Assembly (NCBI GenBank): GCA_018385425.1
Contig: JAHBAA010000141.1
Coordinates: 19,576-83,575, forward strand
Length of the DNA stretch: 64,000 nt
DNA from: Acetatifactor sp.
GTDB lineage: Bacteria; Bacillota; Clostridia; Lachnospirales; Lachnospiraceae
Direction of reading: 5' to 3'
Shown in pieces: positions 9,201 through 18,068 of this stretch (position 1 is the first letter of the stretch; each line of letters begins with the position of its first letter). Below the pieces are notes generated by a model, which searched no databases, was not told the origin of the DNA, and was given only the letters and a program-made list of their open reading frames with translations. The translations under genes and the position numbers were made by a program.

Positions 9201-10211
9201 CTATAAGAATGACACCAGCAATGGTACCAGTGCCAGCAATGCGTAGCAAATGCCGAAAGCTGTCAGGGAATAGGCAAGCGCTTTCTTTTTTGAAAGAGGC
9301 GCCTCTCCCACGATCTTACCGTTCTGGCCGTTGATATAAAAGGGATAATCCTGTCCGTTGTAGGAATAGTCATAATGCCATACAGGAAGCAGAGCATACT
9401 CGGAATGCTGTTCCCGGATATCCACGTGCTGCGATGTGGTCGTGATCGAGCTATACCCTGCATAGCTCTCCTTCAATATCTTCTCTGCAGAGGCCTTCAT
9501 CTTCTGATTTGCCCGATTTTCCTCCTCCTCAGCGGAGAAGTTATAGAATTCTGCGCGGAAACCGGACAGGAACTTGGGATCAAAATCCACACACTGCTTG
9601 TAGTCAAAGGGTTCAACCAGATCCATCACATCATTCGGCATGGCAATGGAAGCGTCCACAGGAATCTTATCAAAATGAATATCCATGCTTCGGCTGACAT
9701 CATAGACAGAGGTCTCCGTGTATTCCGTATTACCGCTCACCCAGGTTCTGATCTTTCTTCCCTGTCCCTGGAAATCACAGTGGGTCTGATATTCATAGAG
9801 CCAGTAAGGAACATAATTTCCGGACATTCCATCCAGTCTGACATCGGAAAGAAAATCATCCGGTGCAAAAAGATTCTTCTTGAAACGTTCCCGCAGAGCC
9901 TTCTTGCACATCTCTTTCCCCATCTGGAAAGGGATCATCTTCTTCGGTCGATAGGCACCGTCTATCCTGGGAGTCAGAATCAAGCCGGTATCACAGTAGG
10001 CACATCGAAATGCGGAAGTATATTCATCATAGACCAATTCACCGCCGCAGTTCGGACAGAGGACCATCTCATCCTTGTCACCTTCCGTACGCTGTTCACT
10101 GTCCGGGCTGTCACAATAGGGACAAAACATTCCCTTCTTCTCCGGATTATACACCACATTTCCGCCGCAATTGGCACACTTGTAAAACATATGGCAATCC
10201 TTTCCTCGCAA
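9201..10211 (-). CDS. Double Zn-ribbon protein with C-terminal TM
   Basis: CANCGG..CPYCD and CPNCGG..CAYCD, LLPVW, INGQNGKIVGEAP and a C-terminal hydrophobic helix. Confidence 0.75.
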   Translation of the reverse strand: MRGKDCHMFYKCANCGGNVVYNPEKKGMFCPYCDSPDSEQRTEGDKDEMVLCPNCGGELVYDEYTSAFRCAYCDTGLILTPRIDGAYRPKKMIPFQMGKEMCKKALRERFKKNLFAPDDFLSDVRLDGMSGNYVPYWLYEYQTHCDFQGQGRKIRTWVSGNTEYTETSVYDVSRSMDIHFDKIPVDASIAMPNDVMDLVEPFDYKQCVDFDPKFLSGFRAEFYNFSAEEEENRANQKMKASAEKILKESYAGYSSITTTSQHVDIREQHSEYALLPVWHYDYSYNGQDYPFYINGQNGKIVGEAPLSKKKALAYSLTAFGICYALLALVPLLVSFL

Positions 10212-10343
10212 AAAGCGATTTTAGTGATTTACAACAACATAGTATAACCATACCACATTTTTGTACGTTTTTCCACCGGTTTTTACGCACATTACGAAAA
10301 GATAAAGTGCCATCGGATCCGGTATTTTGTCCCCCAAAAGCAC

Positions 10344-10522
10344 CCTTTTGAAATTGTGTTCCTTCGCCCGGTAAGACCTGTATGTCTGCTTGCAGACACG
10401 CTTCCGCTTGGAGTTCAACGTAACGGGTACATAAGGGCCCAAAGCACGGGCCCTAAGTACCGACGTTTCACTACAGTCTGCAACAGACGCACAGGTCTTA
10501 TCGGGAACACAATCTCAAAAGG
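10344..10522 (-). ncRNA. ssrS: Probable 6S RNA
   Basis: About 180-nt rod. The ends pair (CCTTTTGAGATTGTGTTCC / GGAACACAATTTCAAAAGG), with a further stem TAAGACCTGT/ACAGGTCTTA, an asymmetric central bubble and an apical AGGGCCC/GGGCCCT stem. The minus-strand bubble carries TTGAACTCCAAG, resembling the 6S 3'-bubble motif. Strand rests on that motif; wobble counts do not decide it. Confidence 0.62.
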
Positions 10523-10555
10523 AAAAAGACGTCCTCTGCTTTCGCAGAGGACGTC
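10523..10555 (-). terminator. Intrinsic terminator after tpiA
   Basis: AGACGTCCTCTGC-GAAA-GCAGAGGACGTCT followed by TTTTCCTTTT on the minus strand. Confidence 0.85.
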
Positions 10556-10581
10556 TGATGGTTTGACCACAAATCATTCAA

Positions 10582-11328
10582 TTAATAGTTGACGATCTTG
10601 CCGAAGTCAGCCTTCAGGCTTGCTCCGCCTACCAGACCGCCGTCGATGTCAGGCTGTGCAAACAGCTCTGCTGCATTGCCTGCATTTACAGAACCGCCGT
10701 ACTGAATACGAACAGCCTCTGCAGTCGCCTCGTCATACATCTCAGCGATGCAGTCACGGATACCCTTGCAAACTTCCTGCGCCTGCTCGGTAGTAGCAGT
10801 CTTACCGGTACCGATTGCCCAGATAGGCTCGTAAGCGATGACGATACCCTTCACCTGATCAGCGGTAACACCCACAAGATCAGACTTGATCTGGAAACGG
10901 ATCCAGTCCATGGTAACGCCCATCTCTCTCTGCTCAAGGCTCTCACCGCAGCAAAGAATAGGTGTAAGACCTGCCTCAAGAGCCTTCTTCACCTTCTTGT
11001 TCAGAAGAGCGTCATCCTCCTTGAAGTAGTCGCGTCTCTCGGAATGTCCGATGATAACGTACTTCACACCTGCATCTACCAGCATCTCTGCAGAGATCTC
11101 ACCGGTGTATGCACCCTTCGCCTCGAAATACATATTCTCAGCACCAACTGCAACATTGGTACCCTTCACTGCCTCTACAACAGGAACGATGTCGATGGCA
11201 GGTACACAGTATACAACCTCAACGCTGTCGGACTTCACAAGATCCTTCAACTCTGCACAAAGTGCAACGGCCTGACTGGGAGTCATGTTCATCTTCCAGT
11301 TGCCGGCAACAATTTTCTTTCTGGCCAT
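10582..11328 (-). CDS. tpiA: Triosephosphate isomerase
   Basis: [24 protein letters not shown] and LVGGASL. Confidence 0.99.
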   Translation of the reverse strand: MARKKIVAGNWKMNMTPSQAVALCAELKDLVKSDSVEVVYCVPAIDIVPVVEAVKGTNVAVGAENMYFEAKGAYTGEISAEMLVDAGVKYVIIGHSERRDYFKEDDALLNKKVKKALEAGLTPILCCGESLEQREMGVTMDWIRFQIKSDLVGVTADQVKGIVIAYEPIWAIGTGKTATTEQAQEVCKGIRDCIAEMYDEATAEAVRIQYGGSVNAGNAAELFAQPDIDGGLVGGASLKADFGKIVNY

Positions 11329-11352
11329 TTTTGAATCTCCTTATTTCTATTT

Positions 11353-11580
11353 CCACTCATAAATGCCCTCTGCTTCGCGTTTCATTCATGAGGGGCATTT
11401 CATCCCCACTCATAAATGCCCTCTGCTTCGCGTTTCATTTATGGGGGCATTTCATCCCCACTCATAAATGCTCTCTGCTTCGCAGAGTCGCCACTTCGTG
11501 GCTTCTGCATTTATTTCGTGTTCGCTCGGCGAAAAACAAATGCCTGCTGCGCAGTCGCTTGTTTTTCAGCCTCACTCCAT
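11353..11580. repeat. Palindromic REP/MITE-like intergenic element with tandemly duplicated 52-53 bp arm
   Basis: Units at 11353-11405 and 11406-11457 plus a third start at 11458 (CCACTCATAAATGC[C/T]CTCTGCTTCGC...). Hairpins CTCTGC-TTC-GCAGAG and GCCAC-TTC-GTGGC, and GGCGAAAAACAA / TTGTTTTTCAGCC. Confidence 0.8.
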
Positions 11581-12807
11581 ATCATCAGCTGCTACTACGC
11601 CGGGAAGCTCCTTGCCCTCAAGATACTCCAGGGAAGCACCGCCACCGGTAGAGATATGGCTCATCTTGTCACCGAAGCCGAGCTGGTTAACAGCTGCTGC
11701 GGAGTCACCACCACCGATAATGGTAGTAGCATCTGTCTCTGCCAAAGCCTTCGCAACTGCAATAGTACCTGCTGCAAGAGTAGGATTCTCGAAAACGCCC
11801 ATAGGTCCGTTCCAAACAACGGTCTTGGCGCTCTTTACTGCCTCAGCAAACATTGCCTGGGACTTGGGTCCGATATCACAGCCCTCTCTGTCTGCAGGCA
11901 TATTGGCTACATCATAAACCTCAATATCAACAGGAGCGTCGATAGGGTTGGGGAACTCAGCGATGGTTACAGAGTCAACAGGGAGAACAAGCTTCTTGCC
12001 GAGAGCCTCTGCCTTTGCCATCATTTCCTTACAGTAATCGATCTTCTCATTGTCTACGAGAGACTTACCGATCTCATAGCCCTGCGCCTTCAGGAAGGTG
12101 TAAGCCATACCGCCGCCGATAATCAGGGTATCACACTTCTCAAGAAGGTTGGAGATCACGTTCAGCTTGTCCGCAACCTTAGCACCGCCCAGAATCGCAA
12201 CGAAAGGTCTTACAGGATTCTCAACAGCATTGCCCAGGAACTGGATCTCCTTCTGCATCAGGTAACCAACTGCACAGTTGCCGCCCTTTGCACGAACGTA
12301 CTTCGTAACAACAGATACGGAAGCGTGTGCTCTATGAGCAGAACCGAAAGCATCGCATACATAGTCATCGCAAAGTGCTGCAAGCTCTTCAGCAAACTTC
12401 TCGCCTGCCTTGTTGGGCTTGGTCTCCTCTTCCATACGGAAACGGGTATTCTGAAGCAGCACAACATCGCCATCCTTCATAGCCTCAACAGCAGCGGTTG
12501 CAGCTTCGCCGGTTACATTGTAATCAGCGACGAAAACAACTTCCTTGCCAAGCTTCTCGGAAAGTGCTTTTGCAACAGGTGCAAGAGACTCCTTCTCGCT
12601 GGGGCCTTCCTTAACCTTTCCAAGATGAGAGCAAAGGATCACCTTCGCGCCATCATTTACAAGCTTCTTGATCGTAGGCAATGCACCAATGATTCTGTTC
12701 TCATCGGTAATCACACCATTCTTAAGAGGAACATTGAAGTCACATCTTACAAGAACTCTTCTTCCCTTTGCACTAAAATCATCAACAGATTTCTTATTCA
12801 ATCCCAT
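11572..12807 (-). CDS. pgk: Phosphoglycerate kinase
   Basis: [40 protein letters not shown] and [13 protein letters not shown]; start at ATG 12807 after GGAGG. Confidence 0.99.
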   Translation of the reverse strand: MGLNKKSVDDFSAKGRRVLVRCDFNVPLKNGVITDENRIIGALPTIKKLVNDGAKVILCSHLGKVKEGPSEKESLAPVAKALSEKLGKEVVFVADYNVTGEAATAAVEAMKDGDVVLLQNTRFRMEEETKPNKAGEKFAEELAALCDDYVCDAFGSAHRAHASVSVVTKYVRAKGGNCAVGYLMQKEIQFLGNAVENPVRPFVAILGGAKVADKLNVISNLLEKCDTLIIGGGMAYTFLKAQGYEIGKSLVDNEKIDYCKEMMAKAEALGKKLVLPVDSVTIAEFPNPIDAPVDIEVYDVANMPADREGCDIGPKSQAMFAEAVKSAKTVVWNGPMGVFENPTLAAGTIAVAKALAETDATTIIGGGDSAAAVNQLGFGDKMSHISTGGGASLEYLEGKELPGVVAADDME

Positions 12808-12837
12808 TTTAGGAACCTCCATATTCTTTTTCAATGA

Positions 12838-12870
12838 CAAAGGGGCCCGGTCCAATAAGACCGGACCCCC
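12838..12870 (-). terminator. Hairpin (terminator/stabiliser) after gap
   Basis: GGGGTCCGGTC / GACCGGGCCCC stem followed by TTTT on the minus strand. Confidence 0.6.
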
Positions 12871-12903
12871 ACAGGTCTTCATTCGTCAGATTAAGCGATT
12901 CGA

Positions 12904-13941
12904 TTAAGCAAGCTCAGCGAAGTACTTAATGGTACGAACCATCTGAGAGGTGTAGCTGTTCTCGTTATCATACCAAGAAACAACCTGTACCTGATAGGTA
13001 TCCTCGTCGATCTTAGAAACCATGGTCTGGGTAGCATCGAACAGGGAACCGAACTTCATACCGATAACATCGGAAGATACGATCTGATCCTCGTTGTAGC
13101 CGAAGGACTCGGAAGCAGCAGCCTTCATTGCAGCGTTGATGCCTTCCTTGGTTACGTTAGCACCCTTAACAACAGCGGTAAGGATGGTGGTAGAACCGGT
13201 AGGAACAGGAACACGCTGTGCGGAACCGATCAGCTTGCCGTTCAGCTCAGGGATAACAAGGCCGATTGCCTTTGCAGCACCGGTAGAGTTGGGAACGATG
13301 TTGGCAGCGCCTGCACGTGCACGACGAAGGTCACCCTTTCTGTGAGGACCATCCAGGATCATCTGGTCGCCGGTGTAAGCGTGAATGGTGCTCATGATAC
13401 CGCTCTGGATAGGAGCGTAATCATTCAGAGCCTTAGCCATAGGTGCAAGGCAGTTAGTGGTGCAGGATGCAGCGGAGATGATCTGATCACCAGCGGTCAG
13501 AGTCTTCTCATTTACAGAGTAAACGATGGTCTTCAGATCGTTGCCGGCAGGAGCAGAGATAACTACCTTCTTAGCACCAGCCTCGATGTGAGCCATGGAC
13601 TTCTCCTTAGAGCAGTAGAAACCGGTACACTCAAGAACTACGTCTACACCGATCTCTCCCCAAGGAAGCTCGTTAGCCTTAGCCATTGCATAAATCTTCA
13701 GGGTCTTGCCATCAACAGTGATGGTACCTGCCTCGTCATCAGCCTCAACGGTGTGAAGGTTCTCACCGATTCTGCCGCAGTATCCGCCCTGAGCGGTATC
13801 GTACTTCAAAAGCTGAGCCAGCATGGAAGGCTTGGTCAGGTCGTTGATAGCTACAACCTCATATCCTTCTGCGCCAAACATCTGTCTGAAAGCCAGACGA
13901 CCGATACGGCCAAATCCATTAATTGCTACTTTTACTGCCAT
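12904..13941 (-). CDS. gap: Glyceraldehyde-3-phosphate dehydrogenase
   Basis: [31 protein letters not shown] and WYDNE. Confidence 0.99.
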   Translation of the reverse strand: MAVKVAINGFGRIGRLAFRQMFGAEGYEVVAINDLTKPSMLAQLLKYDTAQGGYCGRIGENLHTVEADDEAGTITVDGKTLKIYAMAKANELPWGEIGVDVVLECTGFYCSKEKSMAHIEAGAKKVVISAPAGNDLKTIVYSVNEKTLTAGDQIISAASCTTNCLAPMAKALNDYAPIQSGIMSTIHAYTGDQMILDGPHRKGDLRRARAGAANIVPNSTGAAKAIGLVIPELNGKLIGSAQRVPVPTGSTTILTAVVKGANVTKEGINAAMKAAASESFGYNEDQIVSSDVIGMKFGSLFDATQTMVSKIDEDTYQVQVVSWYDNENSYTSQMVRTIKYFAELA

Positions 13942-14021
13942 TTTAGATTTCCTCCTAAAATATTTAATTATTAACTTTGTCGCACGGCTTGTCCGATTGA
14001 CAAAATTTTATCAGCAATGAT

Positions 14022-14050
14022 ATTTTACAATATTTCCCTTGAATCTTCAA
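14022..14050 (-). promoter_or_regulatory. sigma-A type promoter of gap-pgk-tpiA
   Basis: Minus strand TTGAAG-17 nt-TAAAAT. Confidence 0.6.
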
Positions 14051-14208
14051 GAGGGAATCAGCAAAAAAGTTTCCGAAACTATCCTTTTTAAGAGTTTTTT
14101 TACAAATTCACCCGAAATGTGGTATACTTCCGATAGGTACAAATCTGCGTGATCTGTCTCCGGAACAACAGATCACGCTGCAGAGTATGTACAGAAAGGA
14201 GGCTGTTT

Positions 14209-15027
14209 ATGCCAATTCTTGCAGATTTTCACCTACACTCCCACAACTCCGGAGACAGCGAGGCTTCCATGGAACAGATGGTCCTGCGGGGAATCGAACT
14301 GGGACTGGACACCATGTGTTTCACGGAGCACATGGACTATGACTTTCCGGACTCGGAAGACGGACCGGGAAGTATTTTCCTGCTTCAGACCGATCCATAC
14401 CTCTATGAACTGGCAAGTCTGAAGGAGAAATACAGGGACAGGATCAAGCTGCTCTTCGGCGTGGAGCTGGGTCTGCAGCCGGAATGCATGCGTCAGAATG
14501 CTGTCTTCGCCAAATCCTACGAGTTCGACTTTATTATCGGCTCCTCCCACATCTGTCACCGTAAGGACCCCTATTATCCCGCCTTCTACGAGGGACGCAC
14601 CGAGGAGGAAGCCTACCGGGAATACTTCGAATCGGTTCTGGAGAACATCCGGAAATTTTCCAACTACGATGTGTACGGTCATCTGGACTATGTGGTCCGC
14701 TATGGTCCGAATAAGGATGCAGACTACTCCTATGCAAAATATGCCGACCTACTGGATTCCATCCTGGAGGCCCTGATCGAGAAGGGAAAAGGACTGGAAC
14801 TCAACACCGGCGGTCTGAGAAGCGGTCTTCGGGATGTCAATCCCTGCGCGGAAGTTCTGAAGCGATACCGGGAACTGGGCGGCGAGATCCTCACCGTGGG
14901 CAGTGATTCCCACAGCGATTCCCATATTTCCTTCGAATTTGAAAAAGCCTGCGAACTCCTGAAGGAATGCGGTTTTCGATACTACACCGTGTTTGAAAAG
15001 CGTTCCCCGGAATTTCGCAGACTATAG
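14209..15027 (+). CDS. PHP-family histidinol-phosphatase (HisJ-like)
   Basis: DFHLHS, FTEHMD, GSSH, GHLDY, LELNTGG and VGSDSH; ATG 14209 after AGGAGG; upstream extended -10 TGGTATACT. Confidence 0.8.
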   Translation: MPILADFHLHSHNSGDSEASMEQMVLRGIELGLDTMCFTEHMDYDFPDSEDGPGSIFLLQTDPYLYELASLKEKYRDRIKLLFGVELGLQPECMRQNAVFAKSYEFDFIIGSSHICHRKDPYYPAFYEGRTEEEAYREYFESVLENIRKFSNYDVYGHLDYVVRYGPNKDADYSYAKYADLLDSILEALIEKGKGLELNTGGLRSGLRDVNPCAEVLKRYRELGGEILTVGSDSHSDSHISFEFEKACELLKECGFRYYTVFEKRSPEFRRL

Positions 15028-15032
15028 TGTTT

Positions 15033-15569
15033 CTAGTAAGCCCTGTTACAGAGCACCACGACCTTCATCGGGGTGGTCTGGGCAGGGATGCTTCTGGTAG
15101 AAAAGTCGTATACCACGACCAGATTATTTCCCGCGGGACTGCCGGAAAAGATCTGATTGTTGACAGTGACCACTTCCGTTGACGCATCCAGATTCAATTT
15201 CAGCGTCTGACTGTCATTGACAAGAGAATTGTTATAATACCCTACGTCAACACTTCTGCCGGGAATCTCCTCTGCCACCACAACAGCGTTGTACTGAGGC
15301 GGAAAGATCAGGGGAACCGGCGCGTTGGTGTCATACCAGAAGGTTCCTTTCATCCCGGTGGTGATCCGCACATAATCCAGCACATAGGTGGAGGGTGTCA
15401 CCAGAAAAACGGTCAGATTGCCTTCCTCGTCCTCCACACTTGCAAACATCATACAGCCCTGATTGCTTCGCCCTTTGTTGGCGGCGGGCACCATCTCCAC
15501 AACAGTTCCCGTCACTGATCCATACTGTTTTCCTCTCATGTTCCATCTCCCAAATCTATCGTAATCCAT
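15033..15569 (-). CDS. Hypothetical beta-rich protein
   Basis: ATG 15569 after AGGAAAG; motifs PLIFPPQYNA and STRSIPAQTTP; no family recognised with confidence. Confidence 0.7.
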   Translation of the reverse strand: MDYDRFGRWNMRGKQYGSVTGTVVEMVPAANKGRSNQGCMMFASVEDEEGNLTVFLVTPSTYVLDYVRITTGMKGTFWYDTNAPVPLIFPPQYNAVVVAEEIPGRSVDVGYYNNSLVNDSQTLKLNLDASTEVVTVNNQIFSGSPAGNNLVVVYDFSTRSIPAQTTPMKVVVLCNRAY

Positions 15570-15596
15570 TGTCTGCCACTCTTTCCTTTTTTCATC

Positions 15597-15624
15597 ATCA
15601 TATGTCTTTGAAAGGGAAAAGTGA
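15597..15624 (-). promoter_or_regulatory. Candidate sigma-K type promoter of the 15033-15569 gene
   Basis: Minus strand CAC-16 nt-CATATGAT (AC-N16-CATA---T). Confidence 0.4.
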
Positions 15625-15630
15625 CTGTTT

Positions 15631-16734
15631 CTACGCGAAGGAACCGATAATAGTGCCCCCGCCAAATACATATTCTCCGTCATACAGCACCAGTGCCTGC
15701 CCAGGGGTCGCCGCCCGAACCGGCCGCTCAAAGCGGCACAGGATGCTTCCGTCCTCCAAAGTCTCTGCCACACAATACTCTCCGGCATGATTATATCTGA
15801 TCTTCGCCAACAGACGTTTGGGCTCCCGCAGACGATCGTCTGCCATATAGTTGACCCGATCGCATATCACCTGCGTCACAAACAGTTCGTCGCTGCGGCC
15901 GATGACCACCTCATTGGTCTGCGGCCGGATCTTGGTGACAAACACCCGCTCTCCCATGGCTAGCTCCAACCCTCTTCGCTGACCGATGGTATAGTGAGTG
16001 ATCCCCTTATGGCGCCCCAGAATCATACCCTCGGCTGTCACAAAATTGCCCGGTCCCGGTACTCTGTCTCCGGCAGTCCGCTCAAGATACCCGGCGTAAT
16101 CGTCGTCAGGTACAAAGCAGATCTCCTGGCTGTCCGGTTTTCCCGCCACTGGAAGACCGGCCGACACAGCGATCTGCCGGATCTGCTCCTTGGTATAATC
16201 TCCAACAGGCATCAGTGTCCGTGCCAACTGCTCCTGGGTCAGCTGATACAACGCATAAGTCTGATCCTTTTTCGCCGTAACGCTGTTTCGAATGGCCAGC
16301 CTGCCGTTCCCAAGCCTTTCCACTCTGGCGTAATGTCCCGTTGCGATATAATCCGCCCCGATCTCCAGACTGCGCTGCAAAAGTGCCTCCCACTTTACCT
16401 TTCTGTTGCATACGATACAGGGATTGGGTGTTCTGCCCTGCAAATATTCCTCCGTAAAATAATCGATCACATCCCGTTTGAAGACATCCCGGAAATTCAT
16501 CACATAGTATGGGATATCCAGCACTGCCGCCACTCTTCTGGCATCCTCAACCGCAGAAAGACTGCAGCAGCCCCCCTCTGTCTTGGTGCCGTCCGTATCC
16601 TGCCAGATCTGCATGGTCACACCGATCACGTCATACCCCTGTTTCTTCAGAAGATATGCCGCAACCGAGGAATCCACGCCCCCGGACATTCCCACAACGA
16701 CCTTCTTCGCTCTATTCTCTTCCATAACACTCAC
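15631..16734 (-). CDS. mnmA: tRNA 2-thiouridine(34) synthase
   Basis: GMSGGVDSSVAA, TPNPCIVCN, IATGHYA, KDQTY, DSQEICF and TPGQ. Confidence 0.97.
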   Translation of the reverse strand: MSVMEENRAKKVVVGMSGGVDSSVAAYLLKKQGYDVIGVTMQIWQDTDGTKTEGGCCSLSAVEDARRVAAVLDIPYYVMNFRDVFKRDVIDYFTEEYLQGRTPNPCIVCNRKVKWEALLQRSLEIGADYIATGHYARVERLGNGRLAIRNSVTAKKDQTYALYQLTQEQLARTLMPVGDYTKEQIRQIAVSAGLPVAGKPDSQEICFVPDDDYAGYLERTAGDRVPGPGNFVTAEGMILGRHKGITHYTIGQRRGLELAMGERVFVTKIRPQTNEVVIGRSDELFVTQVICDRVNYMADDRLREPKRLLAKIRYNHAGEYCVAETLEDGSILCRFERPVRAATPGQALVLYDGEYVFGGGTIIGSFA

Positions 16735-16818
16735 TCTCTGTTCTTCCTGTTCCGCATTATACTTTTCGCCTCAGGACCTGTGTGTCCGCATACAGACACG
16801 CCTTCCGGAAGGTTCAGC

Positions 16819-17964
16819 CTATCGCTTCATCGCACTCCGCAGCTTTTCCACGATTTCCTTCAATTCCTCCACCACGGTATCCAACTCCTCCAAAGTATTC
16901 TCTGCGGATAACGTCAGCCGAAGCATACTGTTGGCATCCCGCTCGTTCAATCCGATGGCACGACCGACATGGGAGGGATCCACCTCCCCGGAGGTACAGG
17001 CCGAACCGCTGGACGCACAGATCCCCTTGTGAGAAAGCATCAGGACGATAGTCTCTCCCGGCAATCCCGGAAAAGTCACATTCACATTTCCCGGCAGGCG
17101 TCTCTCTCTGTCTCCGTTCAGGATGCAATGGGGGATCTCCTTCTCCAGACGATCGATCAAATGGTCCCGGAGCTGTTCTTCTCTCCTTCTGTTTTCCTCC
17201 ATTCTGTCTGCGGAAAGCTTTGCAGCAGCCTCCATGCCGGCGATTCCGGGAACATTCTCGGTGCCCGGGCGAAGTCCTCTCTCCTGGGCTCCTCCGTACA
17301 GAAGGGGAGGAAGCATCACACCGCTTCTCACATACAGAAACCCAACCCCTTTCGGGCCGTGAAACTTGTGACCGCTGGCGCTCAACAGGTCAATGTGCAG
17401 CTTCTCCACCCGAATCGGCAGATGACCGTATGCCTGCACCGCATCGGTGTGAAACAGAATCCCCCGCTCCCTTGCCAGTGCACCGATCTCCTCGACAGGC
17501 AGAACGGTGCCGATCTCGTTGTTGGCAAACATAACACTGATCAGTATGGTATCCGGGCGAATCGCTTTTTTTACATCCTCTGCAGAGACGAGACCGAAGG
17601 AGTTTACCTCCAGATATGTCACCTCAAAGCCCTGTCTTTCCAAATACTCGCAGGTATGCAGTACGGCATGGTGCTCGATCCCGGTTGTGATAATATGTTT
17701 CCCTCTGTTTCCATAGGCCTCACACACACTGCGCAGTGCCCAGTTGTCCGACTCCGTTCCCCCGGAGGTAAAAAAAATCTCCGTTGGTTTTGCCCCGATG
17801 GTTGCGGCAATGGTCCGCTTCGCAAGATTCACACGTTTCTTTGCCCCGGATCCAAGGGAATAGATCGCGCTCGGATTCCCATATAGCTCGGTGAGCGTAT
17901 CCATCATCGCGTCAACCGCCTCGGGATAAGGTTTTGTTGTGGCTGCATTGTCCAGATAGATCAT
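16819..17964 (-). CDS. iscS: Cysteine desulfurase
   Basis: IYLDNAATT, FTSGGTESDN, SGHKFHGPKG and SSGSACTSG. Confidence 0.93.
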   Translation of the reverse strand: MIYLDNAATTKPYPEAVDAMMDTLTELYGNPSAIYSLGSGAKKRVNLAKRTIAATIGAKPTEIFFTSGGTESDNWALRSVCEAYGNRGKHIITTGIEHHAVLHTCEYLERQGFEVTYLEVNSFGLVSAEDVKKAIRPDTILISVMFANNEIGTVLPVEEIGALARERGILFHTDAVQAYGHLPIRVEKLHIDLLSASGHKFHGPKGVGFLYVRSGVMLPPLLYGGAQERGLRPGTENVPGIAGMEAAAKLSADRMEENRRREEQLRDHLIDRLEKEIPHCILNGDRERRLPGNVNVTFPGLPGETIVLMLSHKGICASSGSACTSGEVDPSHVGRAIGLNERDANSMLRLTLSAENTLEELDTVVEELKEIVEKLRSAMKR

Positions 17965-18068
17965 GGTCTCTCTCCTGTCAGTAGGATACTGTCAATATAT
18001 CATCGACCAAATATGTCTGTCAACAAGCCCCACTGAATATACTTAGACAAAACCCTTTGAGGTGCCCT

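Noticed and set aside
10221-10592. Small ORFs 10221-10442 (-) and 10356-10592 (+)
   Set aside because: They overlap the 6S-like RNA and terminator, and have no RBS or coding character.
11353-11483. 52-53 bp tandem repeat as a CRISPR array
   Set aside because: Units are contiguous with no unique spacers, there are fewer than three full copies, and no cas genes are in the window.
15631-17964. iscS-mnmA without iscR/nifU as a novel sulfur-relay system
   Set aside because: A direct desulfurase-MnmA pairing is the established Firmicute route to s2U34; not unusual.
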